Shown: piece after piece, positions 12,132 through 26,782 of the stretch
Position numbering within the stretch: position 1 is the stretch's first letter
How the letters are laid out: the number at the start of each line of letters is the position of its first letter
NCBI RefSeq assembly: GCF_009914755.1
Contig: NC_060928.1
Reading direction: 5' to 3' (one strand)
Origin: the human T2T-CHM13v2.0 reference genome, Homo sapiens
Length of the DNA stretch: 64,000 nt
Notes under the pieces: generated by a model
The model's input: only the letters and a program-made list of their open reading frames with translations
Database searches by the model: none
What the model was told of the DNA's origin: nothing
Position numbers and translations under genes: made by a program

Positions 12132-15100
12132 TTTTTTTTTTTTTTTAAAAAAAACCCTACTTTATTGAGGAATGATTGACATGTAAAAAGCCGTACATAT
12201 TTAATGTATACAACTTGAGTTTGAGGATAAGTATATAGGCATGGAAGCATCACCACTATCCAGGTCTTTGACATTTTCCTAACCTCATAAAGTTTTCTCC
12301 TGCTTTGTTTACTAATTTTATGTATTTATTTACTTATTTTTTGTGGTAACATAAGCTCTACTATCTTAGCACATTTTAAATATACTATATTGTATTGATA
12401 GTCATAGGCACTATGCTATATAGTAGGTCTTCAGGACTTACTTATCCTTTGTGTATCTACTGCAGGTTTTTCTTCATGATTACCATAAGGGTTACATAAA
12501 ATATCTTATAATAGTCTATTTTAACTGAAAGTTACGTTTTGACCATCCATCTCCCCGTTTCCCCTTTCTCCCAGCCCCTTGCAACTGCCATTCTACTATC
12601 TGCTTTTATGAGTTTGGCTATTTCAGATTCCACATATAAGCAAGATCATGTAGTTACTGTCTTTCTGTGTCTGGCTTATTTTGCCTGGCATAATGTCTTC
12701 CAGTTTCTTCCATATTGTTGCAAATAGCAGGATTTCCTTCACTTTTAAGGCTGAATAATATTCCACTATATGTTCATTTATCCATTGATTGACACTTAGG
12801 TTGATTCTGTATCTTGTCTATTGTGAATAATACTACAATGAACGTGGAAGTGCAGATAGCTCTTCAACATGCTGATTTCATTTACTTTGGATGTATATCC
12901 AGAAGTGTGATTGCTGATCATATGGTAGTTTGTTTTTAAGTTTTTGAGGAGCCTTCATAGTAGCTGTAACAATTTACTTTCCTCCCACCAATGTACCAGG
13001 ATTCCCTTTTCTCCAAATCCTCTCTAACATTTACCTTTTTTTTAGCCATCCTGACAAGTGTGAGGTAGTTTTGCTTTGCCTTTTTCTCATGATTATGTAT
13101 GCTTTTCATATACCTGTTAGGCATTTATATGCCTTCTTTGGAGAAATACCTATTTAGGTTTTTTCCCCATTTTTAAATTATTTGAATTTTTTTGCTTTTG
13201 AGTTGTAGGAGTTTCTTATATATTGTGAATATTAACCTCTTATGAGATATTGGTTTTGCAAGTATTTTCTCCCATTCCATAGGTTGCCTTTTCATTTTGT
13301 TGATTATTTCCCTTGCTGTGCAGATGCTTTTTGGTTTGACATAATCCTGCTTGTTTATTTTTGCTTTTATTTCCCGTGATTTCAATGCCATATCCAAAAA
13401 ATAGTTGCCAAGACCTATATCAAGGAGAATTTCCCCTATGTTTTCTTCTAGGTCTTTCACAGTTTCAGGTCTTCTGTTTAAGTCTTTAACCCATTTTGAG
13501 TTGATTTTTGTGTATGATGTAATTTCATCCCTTTGCATGGGATATCTAATTATCCCAACACTATTTATTGAAGAGACTATTCTTTTCTCCTTTCCTTATT
13601 TTATATTCTTTGCACTCTTGTTGAAGAATAGTTGGTCATAAATGTGTTTATTTATTTCTGGGCTCCTTATTCTGTTCCACTGGTCTATGTATTTGTTCTT
13701 ATTCCAGAACTGTAATGTTTTAATTACTATAACTTTGTAATGTAATTTGGAATTAGAAAGTGTGAGGCCACCAGCTTTGTTCTTGCTCAAGATTGCTTTG
13801 GCTATTTGGGGATTTTTGTGGTTCCATATGAATTTTAGGATTTGTTTTTCTGTTTCTGTGTAAAATGCCATTGGAATTTTGACAGAGATGGCATGAAATC
13901 TGTGGATTGCTTTGGGTAGTATGGACATTTTAATAATATTAATTCTTCCAATTTATAAACATGGGATATCTTTGCATTTATTTGTGTCTTATTCAATTTC
14001 TTTCACCAATATTTTATAGCTTTCATTGGCATATCTTTCACCTTCTTGGTTAAATTTATTTCTAATTATTTTATTCTTTTGATGCTATTATAAATAAGAT
14101 TGCTTTCTTTAATTTGTTTTTCAAAGAGTTTATTGCTAGTATATGGAAACACATATTGCATGTCGGTTTTATTTTACTGAATTTGTTTATTAGTCCTAAC
14201 AGTCTTTTGGTGGAATCTTTAGGGTTTTCTACATATAAGATCATGGTGTCTGTAAATACAGACAATTTAACTTCTTCCTTTCCAATTTGGATACATTTTG
14301 TTTCTTTCTGTTGCCTAATTGCTCTGGCTGGGATGGCCAAAGAAGATACTTGATATGATTTCAGTGTTCTTAAATTGTTAAGACATCTTTTGTGGCTTAA
14401 CATTTGTTCTAACCTGGAGAATGTTCCATATGTGCTGGAGAAGAATATGAATTCTGCTGCTGTTATATGTAATATTCTATATACGTCTGTTATGTCCATT
14501 TGTTCCATAGTGTTATTCAAGTCCTCGATTTCTTTATTGATTTTCTATCTGGATGATCTCTTTATTGTTAAAAGTGGGGTATTGAAGTCCACTACCATTA
14601 TTGCAATGCTTTTTATTTCTCCCTTCAGTTCTGTTAAAATTTGCTTGATGTATCTAGGTGTGCTAATGTTATGTGCATATATATTTACAATTATTATATC
14701 TGCTAGATGGATTAACCTCTCATTATATAATATCTTCTTTGTCTCTTGTGATGTTTTTGACTTCAAAGCTATTTTGCCTGATATAAATATAGGCATCTCT
14801 GTTCTCTTTTGGTTTTTATTTGCATGGTATATATTTTTCCATCCTTTCACTTTCAGCCTATATGTCTCCCTAAAGCTAAAGTGAATCTCTTTACAGGCAG
14901 TTTATAGTTGGATCATACTTTCTGTCCATTCAGCCACTCTGTGTTTTTTGATTGGAGAATTTAATCCATTTACATTTAATTGTTGATAGGTAAGAACTTA
15001 CCTATTGCCATTTCGTTGTTTTCTGACTGTTTTGTAGTTCCTGTCTTCCTTTCTGTCTCTCTTGCTGTTTGCCTTTGTGATTTGATGATTTTTTTTTGTA

Positions 15101-17235
15101 GTGGTATGTTTTTATTTATTTCTCTTTATTTTTTGTGTATCTACTGCAGGTTTGTTCATCATGATTGCCATGAGGGTTACATAAAATATCTTATAATGGT
15201 CTATTTTAAGATGACTAACTTATCTCCAATTGCATACAAAACTGTTTACTTCTCCCTGACCCTCATCATTTTATGTTACTGGCATCACAATTTATATCTT
15301 TTTATATCATGTATTCATTTAAAGAATTTGTAGTTATAGTAACTTTTAATACATTTTCTTCTAACTTTTACACTAGAGTTAAAACTGACTTACATATCAC
15401 CATTACAGTGTTATTCTCACTTTGATTATATTCTTAGCTTTTCCAGTGAGTTTTATACTTTAATGTGTTTTCATGTTGCTAATTAATGTCCTTTCATTTC
15501 AACTTGAAGAATTTCCTTTAGCATTTCTTGTAAGACAGGACTTTAGTGGTAACAAACTCCCTCAGCCTTTGTCTGGGAAAGGCTTTCTCTCTCCTTCATT
15601 TCTGAATGACAGCTTTGCCTGGTAAATTATTCTTGATTGGCAGTTTTTTTCTCTAAGTGTTTCGAATATATCATCTCATTCTGTCAGAAAACAACAAGGT
15701 TTCTGCTGAGCAATCCACTGATAGCTTTTTGCCCTTTGCTCTTTCTCTGCTTCATTTGGAATTTCCGTAATAGGTTATACTGGTTTATTTGATGGTGTCC
15801 CATAAGTTCGGTAAACTTTGTTCATTCTTTTTTATTTTTGTTGTTATTACTCCTCTGACTGGATAGTTTCAAATGATCTGTCTTTTGAGTTCGTGGATTC
15901 ATTCTTTTTGATGGAGTTTGCTGTTGAAGTGTTCTATTGAATTTTTCAGTTCAATCATTGTATTCTTCAGCTCTGGAATTTGAGTTGTTCTTTTTAAGAT
16001 TTCTGTCTTTTGTCAAACCTTTAATTTTGTTTATGTGTGGTTTTCTTGAGTTTGTTTAGTCATCTACTTTTCTTTAAGATTGTTGTGCTTCTTTAAGATG
16101 TCCACGGTGCTTCTTTAAGATGATTATTTTGAATTATTTGTCAGGCAGTTCACAAATCTTCATTTCTTTGGGGTCAGCCACTGGAGTTTTATTTTGTTCC
16201 TTGGGTGGTATCATGTTTCTTAGTTTCCTTTTCATGTTTCTTGAAGGCTTGCATCACTGTGTTTGCATTTGAAAAAGTGGTTACCTACTCCAGCCTTTAT
16301 TGCCTGGCTTCAGGAGAGAAAGACCTTTACTAGTCAACCAAACTAAAGATCTGAAGGCTTTCTGAAACTTTCTCTGTATGTGCCTGTTTCACTCCTCTTG
16401 TTCCCCCTTCAGGGGCAGTCTTATGATGGTATGTCTTCTCTTGATCCTGCACCATCAAGCAGGGTGCTGAGAGCCTTTATTTTCCTCATGTTAGTTCCCT
16501 GAAGTAATCAAGGTTGCGTGCCTTCTACCCAATTCAGCAGAGTCAGGGGACTGTTGATGTGTGTGTTTGCTGTCTGCATGGGCTCATGTGCACCATCCGA
16601 AGAGCCTGAATGTACTCTCTTCAGGGGAGTGTGGGGTGCTGGCTATGGGAGGGGGTGCATGGAGTCATGGGGTACTTGTTAGCTAGTGTGTGTATCTGCA
16701 GGTGAGGTATCTTACAGAATTTGTGAGCAAGGCTCTTGGTGGAGCCCATTAGCCAGTTAGTATGATCTGCAGCTGTTTTTTGAGATCCACACAATGGTTA
16801 CTGTAAGCCTCTGCTTCTCTTCCCTGTTCCTTACTGTCCCTAGACAGCTGTGAAGACATATTAATCCCTTCAGTGTTCTGGATGGAGTGAGACAGAAATG
16901 GATCTCTTAGGCAGCATCCCACAAGGCTGGGGAAGCTGGGCACTCACTTCAATCTTACTTTCCTCTGTAGGAGAAATTATGGGCTGAAGTGGTCTCTCTT
17001 GGCCTTGAGTTGTGCGTACTTGGAGGAGAGTATTAGGGTAAAATGAAACTGTGTTTCTTACCCTCTTCAATGCATCTATTGTTGATTTTTTTTTTCTTTT
17101 ACTCCACTGGGGTACTGGAAACTTTCAGCTAGACCCCAGGCTTCTGTGAAGGTATTGTCATCTGCAGATGGTTGTGAAAATTAGTGTTCTGTACAGGTTT
17201 TAGAGCTGGAATCTCTTATTCTGCCATCTTGCTTA
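12132..17235 (-). mobile_element. Near full-length, internally deleted old L1 (L1MA-like), antisense to FRAS1
   Basis: Poly-T at 12132; ORF2 remnants 13173-13928 (C-terminal), RT 14071-14330, endonuclease 14340-14850; ORF1/5'UTR-like to ctgccatcttg at about 17232; large ORF2 deletion near 14335. Confidence 0.9.
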
Positions 17236-17412
17236 TTTCCAAGAATTATACTTCTTTTTCTTAGTGTTATCTGTTTCTCCTTATATACTGCAAAAAAATC
17301 ATTCAGAAATGGAGGCATATGTATTACCCTGTTATAGACATAAATATTCTAAAAGGCTCAGCTGTGAACCTTCAGGAGACCCACTCTAGAACCATTTTGA
17401 CCTCTACCTTGG

Positions 17413-17564
17413 ACCATGCTTTTCATGCGTTAGTATGTCTGCACAGCTTCTGGGATCTTTCCAAAGTACAGATTCTGATTCAGAAAGTCTGTGGTGGGAC
17501 CTGAGAATCTGAACATCTTAATGAGCTTCCAGGTGCTGCTAGTCTCTGCACATTGAGTCACAAG
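17413..17564. mobile_element. MER5-type hAT-Charlie MITE
   Basis: cagattctgattcag..tctg..ggacctgagaatctg..ccaggtgctgct pattern. Confidence 0.65.
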
Positions 17565-17825
17565 GTGTATTGTCTAAAAAGTTACACTCACACAGGAATT
17601 ATAGAGAATTGTGTTGATAAGTACAGCCAAGATGGAGATATAGTGGGCAAGCCATCTGGGAACATGCATTCATGTCACACTGCCTACTTGCTTAGAATCT
17701 GAAAAAACCACATTGCCTACTCAGTCTAATAAAGTGGTTGTTGGCATATGACTGGTCTCCATAACCAAAATCAAAGTTCAGTAGGCTGCTGCTATTAGAA
17801 AGATTTCTAACAGTTAAGAAACCTG

Positions 17826-18116
17826 GGCCGGGCATGGTGGCTCACGCCTGTAATCGCAACACTTTGGGAGGCCGAGGCAGGCAGATCACAAGGTCAGGAG
17901 TTCGAGACCAGCCTGGCCAACATGGTGAAACCCAGTCTTTACTAAAAATACAAAAATTAGCCAGGCATGGTGGTAGGCACCTATAATCCCAGCTACTCAG
18001 GAGGCTGAATCAGGGGAATTGTTTGAACCTGAGAGGCGGAGGTTGTGGTGAGCCAAGTTCGTGCAATTGCACTCCAGCCTGGGCAGCAAGAGCAAAATTC
18101 TGTCTCAAAAAAAAAA
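17826..18116 (+). mobile_element. AluS (Sg-like)
   Basis: Full Alu, TSD aaacctggg. Confidence 0.92.
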
Positions 18117-18699
18117 CCTGGGCCCAAGTATATCATGGTATACAAGACTGCTGGAGTTAATAGAGCCTTTTCCCTCAGAATTCTGGTGATTATATATAAA
18201 GTTTTTTTTACACGTTTTTGATGTTTTATAAATAATATGCTATGTCAATTGAGAAAGGAGAATATTCTCTGGGATTTTGCCCTGAGCACCAATCAGGTTA
18301 GAAAGTGCCGTTGCTGCTGTTCTCATGGGCACTGTTTGACTCAGCTTCCTGGTGTATATATGATGACAGTAGCCATCACTGACTCCTGAGAGGTGAGATG
18401 CTCAAGGGCCAAGTGAGCAAAAGAATAGATGTTGTTTTCTTTTCAGAGTATTCTTCTCCTGGGAGTGGTGTTTGCTCTGTTCCATTTATTGGCATATTTG
18501 AAAGTAATAATAATATAGAAAACCATCCCTTCTAAGATGCCCTTTGTTAAAATATCAGACTTGTTAATTTTTGAAGTTTGAAAACTGAACACTGGCAGCC
18601 TCCCTAGTCTCCTTCTGTGGAAAATGTCAATTATGAGGCTTTGGAAGAGGGTTTGTGCCTTGCAAAGCAGGAATGGCAGCACTTTTAATGATATTAGCT

Positions 18700-19570
18700 T
18701 TAGTAATTAAAATGATTGCCTTCTCAGGAGTGCTGAATAGGTGATTCCTTCCAGCCAGCTACTCCTAACTGTTGTTGCTTCACTTTCAATCGGCCATCAG
18801 GTCCTGTCAGTTCTGCTTCTGTGGTGCTTCTAGAATCTATTGCTGTCTACGATGAATTTACCATTGGATTTACCACTGCGATTACCCTCTCATAGGCCCT
18901 CATTTTCTCTCCCCTGAGCCATTACAAGGTATCTTCAGCTCTAGATTTATCTCAGTGCTAGTCATTTCCATCTCCTGCCATTGGAGCCTGTCTTTCTAAA
19001 ACCTAGATCTGATCATCCCATTTTCTTCCCTGGAGACTCGTGTTGACTTTCCAGTGCCTATGAGATGAATTGAGACTTTTAGCATAGCTTCTATCTTCTA
19101 CTAACCTTCCATAAGACAGTGTCACTTTTTATCCACTCCCCAACCTGGCTCCCTGAGCCCTACTGGCACCAGACACTTGGGCATTTTATGAAATATACAG
19201 TGCATTGTCTCACATCTTTGCTTTCACTTAAGCTGGGCCCTCTGTCTGGAATATGTTTCACCATGTCTCTACTTAGAAATCCAATTTTTTTGTTATTCAA
19301 AATGAAATTATTTTTCTTAGGAAAATCTTCCCGAGTCTTCCTTCCTCTATTCTCCCACAGCTCCCTGCTCAAGCTTCTTATAGAGCATTAATCGTGAAGC
19401 ATCCTAATTATTTATGTGTCTGTCTCTCCCACTAGACTGTAAGTTCTGACGTTAAGGTTTTGCTTCAGACATCTTGTATATATCGGGCCTCTAGCAATGG
19501 AGCTGGCATATAATAGGTGCTTAATGAATAATTCTTAAATATGGGTGGGTGGAGAGGATAGAAAGACAGG
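18700..19570. mobile_element. L2 LINE 3' fragment
   Basis: gtctctcccactagactgtaag...tggcacataataggtgcttaatgaat L2 tail. Confidence 0.7.
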
Positions 19571-19856
19571 TTGATGGATAGATGAAAGAAAGAAATGGAG
19601 AGACTTAGTCTTTCTAAATAAGTTGTTGGTTCATGATAAACTAAAAGAAAAAGCAGGATATATACATATGTAAATATATAGATAAATATGCATGTCTACA
19701 CATAATACAAAGTCTATAGAGTGACTCTGAAGCTGTGAATCTCTCTGTCTTATTAGACGATCTTTAACAACAACAGAACTGGATAACTTATGTGTTTAAG
19801 GATTGATATATTCTTACTTTGCTTGGAACTAATTCTGCATTTTATTTTTATTTCAG

Positions 19857-20010
19857 AATGACAGGGGTCTTCAGCTTGTGGCTAATTCGATGGTGTGGGT
19901 TCCAGAAGGGGGGATGCTGCAGATCACCAACAGAATCTTACAGGCCGAGGCTCCTGGTGCCAGTGCTGAAGAAATCATCTACAAGATTACACAAGACTAC
20001 CCCCAGTTTG
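19857..20010 (+). CDS. FRAS1: FRAS1 coding exon (154 nt, phase 0->1): NDRGLQLVANS...DYPQF(G)
   Basis: tttcag|AAT acceptor, TTG|gtaact donor; VPEGG motif; frame continuous with neighbours. Confidence 0.96.
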
Positions 20011-21649
20011 GTAACTATTTTTTCCTTTGGCGTGGTTTCATCGTTGCATTCAGCAGTCTAGGGTTTGCTACTGTATAGTGCCATGTGGCAAGATTGCAAT
20101 TCCAATGAACTGAGCTTTCTAATACCTTACAAATCCCCTTTAAAAACAGAATAATCATGATAGCTATCACACTCAACACATTTACTAGGTAGTGTACTAA
20201 AGTTTATAAACACGTTATATGTAACACCTAAAATTTAAGTTTTAAAACAACTTCATTTTGCAGGTAAAAATACTGGGTAAAGTAGCTTGCTGCAAGTCAC
20301 TTAACTAATATACGTCAGTTTAATTTCAAAGGTCAGGCTCTCAAACTCTGTATTATATGCCTTTTAGGATATCACTAGACTTCTTAATGAGACTTAAAAA
20401 AAATAACATGAAAACATTTTTCAGTGTTCTCCAGTGTTACTTCTACTTCCAGCAAGGTAGTCAAATAAGAAAACCTGAGAAATTTCCCATTATCATCACC
20501 CAGAAATGCTGGATAAAATATAACAAGAATTATAAGGTGTTCGTAGCTGACTTCCCAAGGATAGAGAGAAATCTCCAGGTGCCAGCAACAAAGAGGACAC
20601 TGAAGGCCAGTTATTGCATGAGCTTAATAGCATAGCTTCTCCAAAAGGGGTTGTGAATGTCTCAATAACCCAGGGGCTTGGGATTTAATGTCCATGCGGA
20701 GACAGAGCATTGGAATTAAGATGCTGCATAAAGCCAGGACTCTGGAAGGACATGCTTTCAATTAAAGGGACAGAGTAGAAACAAGAAGCTTATCAGCACA
20801 GAGACATGGCAGAGAAATCTGCCTCTTTCTTGGAGTCAGAGTAGAAAAAAAAAAAAAGCCTGGTGAAAATTCAGAACTTTAGGCCTATTTTTCCGGTAAA
20901 TCTCAGGTTAAATTAGACCATGTGTCTTGTCTAAGAAACCTGAAGCTGAGGTATTTTATGAAAATTAATCTCAGACCAATGATATGTCTTGAGTTCTTTA
21001 TTGAAACTAATAGAAACTACCACAGAAGGCCTACTCTCTGCTAGGCTACGTGGGATTCTCAGAAGAAACCAATGAAGCTCAGAATTTAAAATTATGGAAT
21101 ATGGGAGGAAATAATCTGTAGTACCATAACCAAAACGAGCAAGAAGACTAAAACCCCAAGAATTTCAAATAAAGTAACAGTCTTATAAAAACTGTGAAAT
21201 AAGCAGATTTAAAATGATTTAAAGACATAAAAGAAGGAATTAAAACTGTGGAAATAGCAACATGATAGAAAAATAAAGGAACAGGTAGATTTTTTAAAAT
21301 AACTAAATTGATCATGTGAAAATGAAAATTATAGCCATTAAAAGTAAAAACTCACTTGGCATATTAAATAGCAGAGGAAGAATAATCTGTTTTTCCTCTA
21401 GGCTGTCAGATTTTTTTAATTATATATTTTCTGTAGGGAGAAAAAAATTAACTTTTATTTAATTTAAAAATAGTTCCAATGTCCACAAAGACATTGAAAA
21501 GCCACCTAATCGAGAATTGGTATTATAATTATAAAATGGTCAGTCTAGCTGAGATGTCATTTATTATGGCTATGTAACCTTGAAAATGGCAGGTATAAGG
21601 TCTTGTGCCATAGGTTTCTTCGAGAAGTTAGGGTAAACATTAAAAAAAT

Positions 21650-22190
21650 TTAAAAAAACATTTAGACTAAACAGTTGCAAAAACAGAATAAAAGCTCTTG
21701 AATACCCTTATCCTCCCCTAATGTTAACGTCTTATAACTATAGAACAATTATTGAAACCAGGAAATTAACACTGATATGATACTATTAATCAATTCACAG
21801 GCCTTATTCAAATTTTGCCAGTTTTCCCACCAATGCCCTTTCTATGACCCAATCCAGGATCTCAATTACACTTATTTGCCACGTCTTCTTGGTTTCCTCC
21901 AATCTGCGACACACACTTCCTCCGTCTTTGTCTTTTATGACACTGACTCTTTTGAAGAGTGCTGGTCAGATATTTGTAGACTCTCACTCAATTTGTTAGT
22001 CTGAGGATGATTTCTCATGATTGGGTTAAGGTTGTGCTTTTCCCCCTTTCTCAGTGCATCATCAGGAGGTACATAATCTCACTGCGTCTTATGACAGGTG
22101 ATGTTAACTTTGATCACTTGGTTAAAGTGGTGTCTACCAGATTTTTCCACTCTAAAGTTACTATTTTTCCATTTGTAATTAGTAAGTTTC
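21650..22190 (-). mobile_element. L1MC-like 3' fragment
   Basis: ggtgatgttaactttgatcacttggttaaagtggtgtctaccag motif. Confidence 0.7.
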
Positions 22191-22821
22191 CTGTTCTCAT
22201 CGTACTTTCAACTACTGATTTTAAGCTAGATATTTTTAAGGTCCTTTTCATCTCTAAAAATCTATGACTCTTTTGATGTATTAAATTCTCTACCTTTATC
22301 TTCATCAGTAAAAGACAAAAAATTAAGCCCCCAAATTTCCTAGAAACAACCAATATTCCATTAAGTCTTAAACAAAACAACGCTGAATTAAATGTTTTTT
22401 TAAGCAGATAAAATTTTGCCATTTCAGTTTGATAAATATCACGTAGGCTTTATTGTGATGCTTTCCTGCTGTAACTCTTTTAATTAACTTCTTCCTATGA
22501 ACATGATCTTTCCGTGTATCCAGAGCCCCCTATTAGTAATAATCAAATCACGTTACCTAGAAACCATTCAGGAGTGAAATTGGTGGTGGGAACTAAAAGT
22601 CCACTTAGCACAAATCTGCTTGCATCTATCAGTCCCAATTACGTAAATTTGTGGAGACTTTACCTTGTACTCCCTCATCACTTAAGAAAGTTCAAGCTGG
22701 ACTTTGGGCTTTTTGTGAAGAGCTGACGCCTTGAAACAGAACCAAATGTAAATTGCTTGTATAGTATGTGCATGAAGGACCTGAGTTCAACCACTTGCAG
22801 ACTCACCACCGTTTTCAGATA

Positions 22822-23129
22822 CAGATGTTCCTCAACTTACACCCTGTTAAACTCATCATAAGTTGAAATTATCGTTAATTGAAAATACACTTAAAACACC
22901 TAAACTACCGAACATCATAGCTTAGCCTAGCCTACCTTAAATGTGCCCAGAATATTTGCATTAGCCTAGAGTTAGGTAAATCATCTAACATAAAGCATGT
23001 TTTATAATTAACTGTTAAATATCTCATGTAACTTATTAACTACTGTACTGAAAGTGAAAAACAATGGTTTTGCACCATTGTAACTTCAAAAAATTATAAG
23101 TCAAACCACTGGAACTCAAGGAGTATCTG
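22822..23129. mobile_element. MER47-like Tigger MITE
   Basis: TA|cagatg...atctg|TA termini; ctaccgaacatcatagcttagcctagcctacc internal motif. Confidence 0.85.
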
Positions 23130-23599
23130 TATAAATTTAGACAACTTGATTAATACTTGTATCTGTAGCTACTTACTTAGATTTGAAAGTAGATATGATG
23201 AGATGGTTTTAATAAATAACTTGAGAATCATTTGAAGGAGAATCTGATTTAACCTAATGCATTGGCAATTCCAAATTATTTATCATAATGTAAGATACGT
23301 TCATATGAATGATCTCAATCTCAAAATAATTCATGGAGATTCAAATGATATTCCAATTCTTAATACCTACTAAATCTTCCCTTCAAAATTATAGGTTAAA
23401 ATATAGACTTCAGTATAAAGGAAATCCCCAGTAGAGATCATTTTCTGTTTTTTAAACTTGGGTTTTCATGTTTAAAATATTATCTTTTTGTTGTCATATT
23501 ACGATTAAAGCATAGGTGAGGTACTACAAAAAAAAAAAAAAAGAAGAAGGTTAGCTCTCACCCGTCTGCAGAGAATCCCACAATAGGTTGATATTTCTC

Positions 23600-24210
23600 C
23601 TTGTCCACTCATGGACTTGTCACAAAGGCACCTGTATTCAGCATGTCCAGTACTGAACCCTTCATCTTCCCTCCAACCCCCTCCTCCTTCTGTATGATTG
23701 ATGGCCAGTAGTGGCATCCAGTCATCTATCCCAATAGGTGATTCTCGTTGATGCCTTCCTCTGTCATCCTTCACAGAAACCTTTGTCAAGTTCCATTGCT
23801 CCCACTTCCTCAGTTACTCTTGCATCTGTGTTTCTTTACAGTCTCACCTCTGTTGTCTTAGTTCAGGTTCCCATCTCTCCTCTGGATTTGTCAGTAGTCT
23901 TATAATTGGTCAAACCATCTATATAAATCTTAGCTACTGTTGTTACCACTTTTATAGAATGAAGTCCAGCCCCTTTAACAGGACCTTCAACTCTTACAGG
24001 CTTTCTATATTCTGACCACATGTTGTGTATTCTAAATCGATTCATGTCATTCACCTACTGGAAAACTAACAGTGACTCCCAGTTGCTTATGGGGCTAATC
24101 TTTGGGGTAGGAGCTGCATGTGGCCTAGCTTTGAATCCCTCCATTCCTGAAGGGCCTACCACAGTCATTAGTACCTAATGGGTACTCAATGACTATTTAT
24201 TGAGTTAAAA
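23600..24210. mobile_element. L2 LINE fragments
   Basis: Degenerate L2 ORF2/3' sequence ending tactcaatgactatttattga. Confidence 0.55.
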
Positions 24211-25432
24211 TTAATGGGATTAGCAAATATCTTACGATTCCTGTTAATCTGTATGACATGAAAGTGATTTTTTACATAAAAATTTAGGTTTGTTTCATTA
24301 GGGCTTATTAGGAAAATTCTGCTTTGCTTTTTTATCATAAAAGCAGAATAACTAGGAAATCAGCATTTGAATGTTTTCTACTGTCCACATTTTCATTGTG
24401 GAAATTTTCTTTCACAATATTTTGCAACTGTACTCACATTCATAAATAGTCCACATCCTAGAAATCTATGTTTATTGACAACATCTTAGGAATGGAAGTT
24501 GAACCAGGGAGAGAAAGGTAATGGAATTTTTTTCTACTTGAGTACAAATAAGTTATAATACAAGAAAGAAAACTACAGTGAGTTGACTCAACATATGATT
24601 ATATAAAGAGTAGTGTAGTCATGTTTCTCTCTTATTTTGGTATTTCATTACCATCCAGAATATTATACTTGTTCTATACTTGAATTTAGTGCATATAAAT
24701 ATTAGAATGAGTGTCTGCATTGAGTAAGAAAACTAATTTCTCTAGGGTAATCAAATATGCCATCAATTGCCCAATATGTCTAGTGTCTAGTGTATTAAGA
24801 TTCGAGTATTCTCCTATAGAATATTTTAAAAATTGACACTCTATCTTTCTGTCTCTCTTTCTCTCTCCCTCTTCCTCACCCTCTCCCTCCCACTATCAGA
24901 GTGTTAGGGTGGCTTCTTTCAGATTTATTGTTAGATGCATTTTCATGAGAATATAGCTTCTGCTTGCAGCAGTTCATCCATTCTTCTGTTTGGTCTTCAA
25001 TTGAAGGCATAGTCTCCTGTGAAATTTTAATTGTTTCTATAACACCTCTGTATTTTCAGTCTCACTTTAAGAAGATAGTAGGTGAAGGTCAAGGTGCTTT
25101 AGGTGAAGAACAAGCAGTACAAACAGATTGCTGGTGATGGTGGTGTTTAGATTTAGATTTCCTTGCCTCAGTTCCAATAAAGTTTAAAGAATGAAGGAGG
25201 AGAAAACATGATAAGTTATTTAGCAGTGTAAATACTGGTACATGTTCACAAAATAATGATGATTGGTAACAGAGCTTCATGACCAGCTTCATGATCAGAT
25301 TCAAATCCCAGCTCATCAACTTAACATTTGTGTAACTTCTAACGTTATTAAACTCTGAACCTGAAGACCTTCATCTGTAAAATGAAGACAATAATGGCAT
25401 CATTCAGAATAATTAAATAGAATTAATAGAAG

Positions 25433-25786
25433 TGTATTAGTCTGTTTTCACACTGCTGATAAAGGCATACCTAAGACTGGGAAGAGAAAGAGGTTTAATT
25501 GGACTCACAGTTCCACATGGCTGGGGAGGCCTCAGAATCATGGCAGGAGGAGAAAGGCACTTCTTACATGGCAGCAGCAAGAGAAAATGAGGAAGAGGCA
25601 AAAGCGGAAACCCCTGATAAACCCATCAGATCTCGTGAGACTTATTTATTATCAGGAGAATAGCATGGGAAAGACCGGCCCCTATGATTCAATTACCTTC
25701 CCCTGGGTCCCTTCTACAATATGTGGGAATTCTTGGAGATACAATTCAAGTTGAGATTTGGGTAGGGACACAGCCAAACTATGTCA
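25433..25786 (-). mobile_element. THE1 solo LTR (MaLR)
   Basis: tgtattagtctgttttcacactgctgataaag...ggacacagccaaactatgtca; 5-bp flanks agaag/agaaa. Confidence 0.92.
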
Positions 25787-25965
25787 AGAAAGATGATCTT
25801 TAAGCACCTGTAAAGCATATACTATTATTTTCTTTTTACGAATGAGGAATGAAGGCTTATGGAGCTTAAGGAAGCTCACTCAGCTGGAAACAATGGAGCT
25901 GGGTTTGAATCACCACATAGGGTATAGTGGGGTGCCTGCCGTATGTCTTCCACTGTTAGCTATTA

Positions 25966-26304
25966 CAAGTTGAGCATCCCTAATCCAAAAATCTGAAATC
26001 TGAAATGCTCCAAAATCCATAACGTTGAAAGCACTGACATGATGCCACAAGTGGAAAATTCTACCCTGACCTCACGTGAAAGGTTACAGCCAAAACTTGT
26101 TTCATGCACAAAATTTATTTTTAAACATTATATAAAATTACCTTCAGGCTATGTGTGTAAAGTGTATATAAAACATAAATGAGTTTCATGTTTAGACTTG
26201 GGTCCTGAATCCAAGATATCTCATTATGTATATGCAAATATTCAAAAATAGAAATCTGAAACACTTCTGGTCCTAAGAATTTCAGATAAGAGAAATTGAA
26301 CCTG
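25966..26304. mobile_element. Tigger4/Zombi (MER46-type) MITE
   Basis: TA|caagttgagcatccctaatccaaaaatctgaaat...aacctg|TA. Confidence 0.85.
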
Positions 26305-26782
26305 TATTACTATCATTGGACAGAATTCTCTCATGAAAATTTTCCACTGAATTGTTTCTAATTTCCCATTATGTTTTCAGCAAAAACTTCCTGGCTGGAA
26401 AACATTTTCTGTTACATAGAAAGTTGTGCATAGAAATGAATCCATTCAATGCCCAGTATTTGAGTATTTGTCTATAGTATTTGCTACTATCTGGCTCTCC
26501 TTATGTAATTTTTAATAGATAATAAGTCAGTAACTTCATACATGAATTGTCCTTGAATGACTTTTAGTTCTTTTAGCAGAAAGCCTGAGAATTTTGTTTC
26601 TAAAGGTGGATTCAATACTGTCCATTGAATTATGTGTTAACATCCTCTCCTTCACCTTAGACAAAAATAAAGAAGTACATCATTTCTTTCTAGTTAAAAA
26701 AAAAATGAGTAGTAGGAAAGGAGGTAAGGGCTCTGACTTTTCCTAGGGACCCTCACTAACTATGTGGCCTGTGCCTTCCTAG

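Noticed and set aside
13173-14850. Reverse transcriptase/endonuclease-like ORFs
   Set aside because: Fragmented, frameshifted L1 ORF2 remnants of a dead element, not a functional or novel RT system.
16070-16125. Short tandem cttctttaagat repeats, and a similar 22-bp duplication near 57985-58025
   Set aside because: Ordinary slippage products in old L1 or purine-rich sequence.
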